Assembly (NCBI GenBank): GCA_037379345.1
Contig: CM074517.1
Span: 40,537,691-40,601,690 of the forward strand
Length of the DNA stretch: 64,000 bases
Direction of reading: 5' to 3'
Origin: Perna viridis
Taxonomy: Eukaryota
Numbering within the stretch: the first letter of the stretch is position 1; each line of letters opens with the position of its first letter. The notes beneath the pieces were generated by a model. That model worked only from the letters and a program-made list of their open reading frames with translations, searched no databases and was not told the DNA's origin. The position numbers were made by a program, and so were the translations under genes. This document shows positions 13,880-24,253 of the stretch, piece after piece.

Positions 13880-16747
13880 ATGGAGCTACATCCATATTTA
13901 GAAGCAGACACCATTCCAAATCATGATCTCTGGTATGTTTTGTCCACTGTTGGAGATTGCCCTTCAATTCGTGTTGGTCATACTTGTACATACATGAAAG
14001 GAAAATCAGAAAGTGATAATGGAAAGTTATATGTTATTGGTGGGGCTAACCCCAGTGGAGCTTTCTGTGATACTTTCATTCTTGATTTGAATACATGTCA
14101 GTGGGATATAGTTGATTTGCCAGGCTTTAGAGCTCGCTATGAACATGCTGCTTTTATTCCTCCAAGTTCTCATGATAAAATTTTTATATTCGGTGGTGCT
14201 GATAACACAGGCAATATGAATGATATACAAATTTTGGACACCTCCAAAAATACTTGGACAACTGCCAAGGTTTCTGGTACACCCCCAACTCCCAGAACAT
14301 TCCACACAAATTCTTTGGTTGGGGACAAATTCATTGTATACAGTGGAGGACATACTCAAGCAGAACCTGTTCAGGATAGACAAGTGCATTTTTTTGATAC
14401 AGTGACTATGACATGGTCAACCAGAGTTATAAAAGGAGATGCACCCAAACCTCGTCATGGTCATGTAATGGTGCCGGTTGGAGAAAACCTTCTTTATTTA
14501 CATGGAGGAATGGCAAGGTCATCATTTTTTGATGATTTCCATTGCTTTGACCTTACAAAAAATTCATGGTCCCACATTAAGAATAAGAAAGTGTATCCTC
14601 CTGCTAGAGCTGGACATAGTGGAACCTCCGTGGGAGGTATGCTGTTTATTTGTGGTGGAATGAACAGAGATGGGGCACTAGATGATATGTATAGATTTGA
14701 TACAAGTAAGTGACTTAGAAAATAATGAAACTGTATTATTTTTTTTCACTGTTGCTAGTTTTCATGGATTCTGTTAAATGAACACATTTGCAGGTATTAA
14801 CTTTTTATGATATGAATAATAAAATAATAATTGTTTCATAGTGTGTGAAGTCAAATTTGTGGTTTTTAGGGGGTTGTTTTTATTGCGTATTTGTCCATCA
14901 TGGAAAAGAGAAATATTTATTCACTGTGAACATCATTATATATTACCTGTTATGTTTTACATACATGTAGAAGTATTTACACTTGTGAATGCCATTGAAG
15001 AAAATAATATATATTCCCATTGTTTATGTACTGAATTCTCCTTCAACTTAAAGATAAATGATGTCACAATTTAAAATTACATTGTTTCATTGACATCAAA
15101 AGGATATTCGGAAACAACTTTGGGGTCATTTAGAGCAAAATGACAAGTGTGAATTCATATATTGAAGTCATAATACACAACAAAATCTGACTTGCAACTA
15201 ACATGAAAACAAAAAATATTTTCGTCTGCAGTAAGAAAAAGAAGAGGGACCAATAGTACTGAAGAGTATTATGAACTCTGCATTATAGAATTTAATATGC
15301 TTGCTAGAAGCTTACAACATGATTTTGATAGTGATAATTACAAGGTAATTTTAAAAGTGCAATTCATCCCCAAGTATATACTTGTTTTATAATGATGATT
15401 GAATGATTTTAATGTTTACCTTTATTTTTCAACAGCCTGTAAAACTTGGTGTAAGATAGAGTTGGCAGGCCCAGCACCAGCTTGTCGTTTAGACTTTGGC
15501 ATGTGTTCAGTAGAACTTAGCAGAGATGTTCCTCCGTCGAGTAGTGAGAATGGGGATATCTTAGAAACATCCCGCCATGCTCAAGACATGTTAGAACTTG
15601 CCATGAAACCAGGTAGTGCTAGTTCTAGAAGCAGTAGTAATGTAGGAAGTGCCAACTCAAGGGATAGGCAGTTACTTGGAAGTGATAACTCAAGATCTGG
15701 TAGTCGGCAAGTTGGTAGTGCAGGGTCAAGAGAAAGCTTTCATGAATATAATTATGGTTGGTATCATGGTTGAATGGACTGTTGTAGCTATATAATGTTT
15801 CTTTTTTATAAAGTTTTTTCTCCTGTTTTAGCTTATGTTTTTTTTTTTTGTTTTGGTTCGTATAAGTCTATTTAAAAAAAAAAGAATTAAAATAATATTA
15901 TGTGGAATTATATGCGTATTTTCTTTCTACTTGTATAGAAAATAGTATAATGTATCATATTACCCAATATGAAGAACACCGAAAAATAGAACCCCCATAT
16001 ATTTTTAATGGTGAGAATTTTGATCTCTTTGATTTCAGTATATGCTAATGCCTAAAGTAAACATAAAGCTAATGGGCCAAATATTTATTATCAGTATGCT
16101 AACTGCATTAAATAAATATATGCAATTACAACAATCAACAAAAGGAGAGATAACCCCCTAAGTTGGACATATTAAGATGTTCAGCAATAACATTTAAAAC
16201 ACCTGTAACAGCCACCCATTAAATAATACTACTAGGGTTAGAAAGGGTTGGCCCCAACCTGGTTTGAGGGCAAGCAAAATTTGTGTTATGTTTGGCTGCC
16301 ATTTATATCAAGTCATTTCAATATGGTATAGACTATTACCAAAATCAGTTTTATACCTACAAATGTTTGTTATTGTTGTACCTGTGTCTACATTAAACCT
16401 TTAATTAATATCTTGTGTTATTTATAGTATGTACAAAATACATAAAAAACTTGAATCAGAAATACAAAACAGTAATGCAAATAAAAACAATGTCATAAAA
16501 CATTTTCTTCAAATTTGTGTCTTTTTTACTACTAGAGAGCTCCAGTACAGGCAATGATATCCAGACCTTAGAGGAAGGAGATAACCTCTCAGATGAGGAG
16601 GAAACACCAAGAGCAGAGGGTGCCTCCTCAAGTGTATTCCAAGAGTTCATAAAACCAAAACATACAATGAAAATGGTCCTAATACATGGAGGGATGGACA
16701 CAGAAGGAGAAATATTTGATGACACTCTAGTTTATCTGGTAGAATGA
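13880..16747 (+). CDS. RABEPK: Rab9 effector protein with kelch motifs (p40)
   Basis: Exons 13880-14705, 15436-15756 and 16536-16747 join in phase. Kelch repeats (RVGHTC..GGANP, RYEHAA, RTFH, RHGH, RAGH) and C-terminal GGMDTEGEIFDD match RABEPK. Confidence 0.93.
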
Positions 16748-17171
16748 ACTGTATCTGTTTGAATGAATGTCACACAGCTGATTTTTTTGAAAGTCCCTTT
16801 TTTTTTTTAACTTAAAAAGAATAGAATTGAGTTATAGGACAAAATGAGTGATGTTGGCTCTTAGTAGTCACGAAAATTAACCCTATATTCACACGCTTTG
16901 TATACTAACACAACGAACTGGTGTGATACAATAAACACAGAGCTGTTTTGGGAAACACAATGAATATAGCACTATAGAGGTAATGTTTATCAGATCATGG
17001 AGTTTGATATGCCCAGGATCCATTATGTCTCTATTCTAACAAGACATGCTTCAAAGCTCTTTAGACCACAGCTGTGGTAAAAAATGTGATAAACACATGA
17101 CCAACATTTTGTGCAACTCATAGCTGTGTCTATTAAAAAATATGAAGAAACTAGTGCTATTAGAATTTGTA

Positions 17172-17303
17172 AAAAATCACGGAAACTCCATTTCAACATT
17201 GTTTTACCACAGGCTGGCCATTTATGTCGTTATTAAAAACCATGTGATATAAATAGCCAGCCTGTTGTAAAACATTGATAAAATAGAGTTTCGATGATTT
17301 ATT
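17172..17303. repeat. Inverted repeat (arms about 55 bp) downstream of the RABEPK stop codon
   Basis: aaatcacggaaactcc..tgttttaccacaggctggccattta / taaatagccagcctgttgtaaaaca..gagtttcgatgattt. Confidence 0.75.
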
Positions 17304-20300
17304 TCTTTATTATCATTGACTCCGTAGTGCCTTGTTCATTGTGTAGTCCCAAACAGCTCCACATTCATTGTGTCGCTCTGGTTCGTTGTGTTGGATATCC
17401 AGCATGATTAAATAGATGGAGATGAAATTTATCAAATAAGGGCTGAATTCAATTTGAAATTTGTAAAATTCTAAAATTATTGTGGTATAGTTCAGCACTT
17501 GTATAAACCAAACCTGAATTGTGTATGAGAATAAATTACAAACCTATAAAACAATTAAGCTTCATTTAAAACAAGTGAATTTTGCAAATAAATTAGAATT
17601 TAAAACTGCTAAAATGGTAATGGTAAATTATTTCTGAATTTCCAGAATCATAATTAGACTTGATATAACACCAATATGAACATCTGTTACTGTAAACTGA
17701 TGTTTAACATTATCAATTCAAATTTCTTATTATTTATTTTCGCTACTTACAATCTATCTAGTGGTAAAGGGATCTACATGGGGCAATATATTTTTGTGAA
17801 TTTTTTTCTGCTTGCCAAATCAGAAAGAATAAATTGCATAAAAATAAGTAAGAGATGTTATAAATATATATTGTGAGAGTTTGTAGACTGATGTAAGCTT
17901 TCAAGTTCCAGGTACAATAATGTACATTGTGTTTTTCCTTGCATGTGTTCAATGATTATAGTGGACAATAGTGTACAATGAAAGTTGAATACTCGTAATG
18001 TCATATCATTCCAAAACAAAGCAGCTTGGCTACAATGAACTTTGACCTCATTTTTGTTTTTGTTTTTGTTTTTTTTTGCTATGATTTTATCTTTGCCTTT
18101 TATCTTAGCATTTAGATGAGAGTGTTAGTACTTTTTGTTTGTGAATGTGTGAGGCGATTTGAAATTTTCGGTTTATTTATAACAATTTTTTTAGCCAAGA
18201 TCAAATGAAAGATCTTTTTGTTTGGTGTTAAAATAAAAAGAAGTTAGGCTCTGTCTGAAGGAAAAAAAATCAATCAGAATCATTTCTTCAAGATAAGATT
18301 TTTACCTACCAGTATTTCTTTCTACTAACAATAGAAGGAATTATTTGATACTGTTTATTAAATTTTTAAGTTGAAATATTTCTAAAGTGATTAATAAGAA
18401 GGAGTTAGTAATTGTAGATATTGGCTTTGTTTAGTATCCAATACTTTTTGCACTATGTAGCTATTAAAATAATTCAGTTATAATGCAGTGCATAGGATAA
18501 ATATGTATCATTTTAAGTACCATTCTATGTAAGAATCAGGCAATGGGTGGCACATCATTGCTGTCTGTGACATAGATATTTTTTACCACCATTTAACAGT
18601 AGACTAGTGCGTTTCAACTAAATTTGACCTATCAATATCTTAAAAAGACAAACGTTACAAACACTGATGACTATTTTTGGAAGTTATGAGGTATAAATAC
18701 TTGGACTATACAATAAAATCTCTGTATTTGTTTTTTTTTTTCATGTGCCATCTCTCGCACACATTTTGCCCGATTTGTAGATAGAAAGACACTTAAAAAT
18801 GAATGAACTGCTTGATTGTTTGTCTCATGTTTGTGTTACACATTGTTGTATTGTCAAATGACTTACAGACTTTTAGTGGTAGCTGTGAACATGTGCTTAC
18901 TTGAATTTGTGTGGTAAGCCTGTTAGGAACAGCTTGTAGTAATCAAAAGACCTTTTCAGTGTAGATTTTTTACTCTATTTTTTTTTTTTTTTTGTTCCAT
19001 ATCGTATTAATAGTTTTTCTTTTACTATACATCAATCAAAACCTATTATGTTCTTTTGTTTTATATCATGCCAACAAAAATTGCTTCAACAAGATCTTAA
19101 ATTGTCCTGTTTCTTGTAAGGCTAAAATAAAAATATGTGTGTTTACTGTAAAATTTGAATTTCCAGAAATTTTGTCCCGGATCTGTAACCCAACAAAATA
19201 TTATTGTACAAAATGGTGATCTCGGGTGGTTCAAAAAATCAATAATAAAATCAACCATATTTTTAGCAGGTGACAGTAAACATACATATTTTATTTTTTG
19301 GCCTAACCTTGACTGCCTTATGGACTCCATGATGAAAAAATATAATCTGCCCCAAAATATGTCCTCATTGAAAGAAATGCATGTACCAGTATCAATTTAC
19401 TAATTTCATATCTGTTAACCTTTTGAATGCTCAGAGAGGGAGATCTCCTTCTTTTCAGCTTTTGGAAGAGGGAGAATTAGCATGACAAACTTTTTTGCAG
19501 AAAAGGATAATTTTGCTAGAAATGGAAGTAAAAAGATGAGACAAAGATATAAAATCTTTGATAATCTTGTTAATCTACTAAGGATTTCTAATCAAAATCT
19601 GAGTAATTAGTACAACAAAAGGATTAATTATTTGTTATTTCTCAATGAATATTATGTTACATTTACATTACATTCCAGTGGCGGATCCATAAAAAATTTG
19701 GGGATGGTCCTAAATGAATGTCATTTTCCGAGAAATGCTTTGTATGCTGGTCATGTGCACAGACCATGTGCAATTATTAAAGACACCTGTAATAGATTGT
19801 CTAGTCACTCTAAGAGCTGTAATTTTACGAAGGTAGACATATGAGGCCAACATATCCTTCTGATCAAAAACACTGAGGGACCCTATACGTAGAAACAAGT
19901 GATACAAATTTATTTATTTATTTATGGTTTGGAATGAAAAAGTTCTGAAGAAGCAAGGATTGTTAAAGTCTACTTTAGACACCCCCGGTAAAAATTGGTA
20001 TTTCTGCTCATTGTTGAGTTAAGGTTTGCTAGCCAAAGTACCAGCACCATATTTAGCAGTGGTTGTTCAGATGGTTTTGACAGTCAAATACTAGGTAAAC
20101 CATATTGATCTCTATGCTGCCAATTTGACACCTCGGGATCAAGTATTACTATGAAAGATTAATTAAATAATTACGACTGCACTATGAGAAAATAACACCA
20201 TGAAAAAATGAGGTTCGACAAGGGGGTGATCTAGTGCAGTGTTGGACCACCCCCTGGATCTCCCACTGTATTCATATAAATTTTATAAGCCATTTAGAAC

Positions 20301-20939
20301 ACATTTTATGTAACATTTCTGCTAAGTGGGAGATTTTGGGGACACAAATTTGTGAAAGAGGGAGATTAGTGTCTCCCATGTGGAAGACTTTCTCAAAGAC
20401 AGAGATTGACCCTAAATGAGGGAGGGTTAAAAGTATGTTTGATTTTGGAAAGAAAACGCCAGCTGAATCAGAGAATTATTATACCCCCACTCAATGTGTG
20501 GAAGGTATATTGGAATCACCTTGACTGTCCATTATTACGTCAGTCTGTTCGTCCAAATATTTGTTGCTATTATCTTGGCTGCAGATTCATGGATTTCAAA
20601 TTTGATGTTTGGCTTCATATGGATAGAGCATATATTGTAAGTAATTTTGGTTAGTTTTTGTTCTCAACTTTCTGTAAAAGTGGGTATGCATAGCATGACA
20701 ATTTGTGCAACTTCATGGTTTGTACAGTTGCAAATCATAGAGTACGGTTTTAGGGTTGGGCCCCCCTTTTTTTATTAAAAAAAAGTTTATTTTGTACCAA
20801 ATTGGGGCAAAAATGAGCAAATGATAGCTTGGAATCTCCATTTTTATGAATTTCTCAATTTGCTCCTGTTCTAAAGGCCTAATTTTGGATTCAAAAGAGT
20901 TAAAATACAAAAATCTATTTAGTGCATAGTTTTCTATCA

Positions 20940-23900
20940 TCAGTCTTCAAAGTGAACACCATTTCTATCCTCTCTTTGTTCAGAACTTTCTATTGAATCA
21001 TCCAGTGAATCGCTGTGATACGAGTCTTCTGATTCATACTGAGGCTCTTCATCACATCCTGTAAATGCTATCAAACTCTCTGGGTTTGATTTAAGACTTT
21101 TGATCATTCGCTTTAGCTCATCTTTGGTAAATTTTAATGCATTTGTATCTGATTCCATTAGAATGTTTTGTTTTTGCAGAAAAAAGTTTGGAAAAAAGTT
21201 TGCTTGTAGCTGCTTTTGTATTGTCTTCAGTACCCCTATCAACCAGTCTTGTCTCAGATGGAGTTTTCCAAGACTTTGTCTGTACTGAAAAAATATGGCA
21301 TGATTTATTACTCGGTTCGTAATTGTATGAAGACAAAACACATGTGCTTCCTTTAAAGCATTTATAAGAATTATCAGATCCTCAAATGTTTTGTTAGGTC
21401 TCAAATTGTTGAGAAAAGCAAATGCTCTATCTTCAATTTGCCCTATGTGAACACCCCAAGTAATTTCAATACTTGGACTACAACGCCTTTCCCTTGACCA
21501 CCTTTCCAGTCTGGCCTCTAAAAACAGAATTTCATCCCCTGACTTAATTTCATTTTGAATGCCATGTAAAAACTTTGATTGGTCCTCATTATGGGGTCTC
21601 CTGCTAGGAATTGGTGCTATTAAGTTAACTTGTCTTGGAACTTCATTCAGTGGAATACAAGGGACAAGGTTTATCTTGTAGTTTTCTTGTGGGTCTAGTC
21701 CAATTATATGGGTCCAAACTGTTCCATCACTGGCCAAGCTGGTCTCTAGATAGGCATATTGCTGTGTTCTTTTGTTTTCTACCTCCATACTCTCACAGGC
21801 TTTGGATAATCCTTGAAAACAGTACAGTGAAAGTTATGTTTAAGCTAGATATATGCATCTTTATGATACATTATGCTGGGAAGTTAGTAAAGATAGGCTG
21901 ATTGTAACCCAAATGTTAAAGTAAAAGACATAAAAATTACATAATTTGTTATATCAAGAATGAAGAAGAAACAAATTTTGGCCTCAAGGTAAGGTTAAAG
22001 TTCACCAGCTGTCTCCCTACTTAACTCAGTATCAAAAACCTAATCTTATAAAAAAAAAAAAAACAAACAAAAACAAAAAAAAACCAAATATTTTACAAGT
22101 GGGACATAATTTGTCCCATAAACCGTAAACCAACTGTTACAAACGGACAGACTGACTGGTCATTTGTATAACCACTTGAGGTATTGGTTTCTTAAAAGTT
22201 TTACGTCCACTATAGTTGCTATATGCTATTATTGTTTATTTTCACGACCTTGGCCGTTATGATGCTGGTTTTATCTGATTTACTTAACAACTAAGCTACG
22301 GTAATCATTGCTTCGGGTCTTTTTACAAATGGCAGACTGTCGATAACAATGGTTATTTGCTGCATTTATCTGACTTAAGAATGTTAGTACAGTTGTACTA
22401 CATATTGGTAAATAGGCAACAAATCTAGTAGCCGTCATTTTGTTGTTAATGATGTTATGTGTGATCGCTGAGGGAGATGTCCCGTTGATTTTTATTGAGA
22501 TAAATATATATCCAATTAAAACAAGTACTATCTTTGAAAAAAAGATAGCCGACGCAGTAAAATTTTGTTCTTTTTTACTTCTAAGTTTCTACATTTCTTT
22601 CAAGAAAATAACACATCGCACGCAATTTTTAAGATTCCAATTAAGTTTTCTTCGAACGCAATTCCAAAATTTCGATACAGATTCTTCGAACGCAATTCCA
22701 AAATTTCGATACAGATTCTTCGAACGCCACTAAGTTATCAGTATTTGGCCAATCTGGGAAACGAATTGCGATCAGGTGACTTTGTGTTTCCATATAAGAG
22801 CGTCCTTGAGGTTAAAGGGTAAAAAGCGAAGCTATACCGACTGCGTCGGAAAAAGAACCAAAACTGAATAAAAATCAGTATCTGACTGGCGTTAGCTATT
22901 TACATTTAGCGAAAAATAGGTAAACAGGCAACGAATCTAGTAGCTGTCAAGCTAATTGTTAATGATGTTATGGGTGATCGCTGAGGGAGATGTCCCGTTG
23001 ATTTTTTTAGATGAATATATATCCAATTGAAAAGAGAACCAAATCTGAAAAAAAATCAGTATCTGACTGGCGTACGCTTAAATTTTTTTTACAAAACGAA
23101 AAATTCGGGCCAAGAAAATATCCGGGATAACTTGAACAATATCTACCCACCGTACCCACATTTAAGTATGGTTACAGCCTGTAATGTTTTAAATTTCGAC
23201 TGGATTTTAAAATAACATATTTTAACTTTTACAGTATCCAAATCTAAATTGCGATCTTAGCAAAACATATGACTCACCTTTGTTAAACCAACATAATACA
23301 AACTCTGGTCTAAGGTAGCCATCGGAATCCATACAGTACCCCCAGTCGTTGACTACATTCAGCTTCTCTTCTTTAGTCAGCTTGTCATTTACTTGGACTA
23401 GTATTCTATGAGCTGGCAGGTCTCCTAAAGACCTATACACAATCTGCAGTAAATAAGCTTTCGTACCTATAGTTGCCGTGCCGATGAGGCTAAATACTAG
23501 TAAAAGAGCTTATATATGTACACCCAATGAACGATGCACTTAGTAAAAAAAAACAATACTTATCTCAAATATGAAAGAAATTGCATCTTTAATATGTATA
23601 ACTAATACAAAGTCATAGGAGCGAAACTAATTCTACACAGACGGACGTACAGACATGCAGTCGTTGAGTTGCATTTCCATTGCTCGGCAATCGAGAGATG
23701 TGATATACATGTACTATAATAAACATACACAAATCTTAGCGCTTGTCTATCTATTAAGCGGAATATGCAGAACTTTAGATCGATCGTTGCATCACCGAAT
23801 GATTCTAACAAAAGTGTCGCGAAAAAGAAAAGAAAACCGAGCTAATCAGAGTCATGTAATGCTTTGAATTGGAATGGAAACTATGTCATACCTTACAAAA

Positions 23901-24253
23901 AAAAAAACTTGTCTTAAGCTTACCCGAAAGGAGTTCATCCGAACTGGTTTTCGTAAAGGCACCAAACCTACGTAGACATTTTTATCAACAGCTCTGAAAT
24001 CGACTATTTCAGGAGTCTCTTCTGTATTCCTGACGTACTTCGGGTATAACCATTCACTATCAAAAGCGGCTTCAATAATATTAGTAGCCAGATATAAGGC
24101 GGATTTATATGCTTTTTCTTTGATCTGGGTCACAGATGCTCTTTTATCCTTTAGAACTTTTTGAATGTAGTCATCTAGTTGGGGTTCAGGACTTTTTGAT
24201 CGGTTGTTTCCGTCAATGTCCGACAGATCAAAATCTTCTTCTAACCAGGACAT
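20940..24253 (-). CDS. Mab-21/cGAS-like (cGLR-fold) nucleotidyltransferase-domain protein, catalytic motifs degenerate; at least 455 aa, 5' end uncertain
   Basis: Exon A 24253-23924 (ends CGG|GTAAGC, phase 0), exon B 23443-23278 (TTTACTGCAG| acceptor, ends AAAG|GTGAGT, phase 1) and exon C 21811-20940 (TTTTCAAG| acceptor, phase 1) join into one ORF. Mab-21-like motifs: DGYLRPEFVLCWF, INLVPCI, WGVHIGQIE, LQANFFPNFFLQKQNIL. The frame stays open upstream to about 24345; a candidate short first exon ATG AAG TGC CG|GTAAGA lies near 24760-24772. Confidence 0.8.
22648..22727. repeat. 34-bp tandem repeat, 2.3 copies
   Basis: ttcttcgaacgcaattccaaaatttcgatacaga at 22648, 22682 and 22716. Confidence 0.9.

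Noticed and set aside
14027-14663. Antisense and alternate-frame ORFs within the large RABEPK exon
   Set aside because: Shadow ORFs of the real coding frame.
20713-20940. 75-aa ORF overlapping the Mab-21 stop codon (TGATG stop-start)
   Set aside because: AT-rich, low-complexity translation with no recognisable motif; most likely 3' UTR.
23222-24253. Viral or Polinton-like ORFs in a CpG-rich island
   Set aside because: They are exons A and B of the Mab-21 gene, with canonical splice sites.
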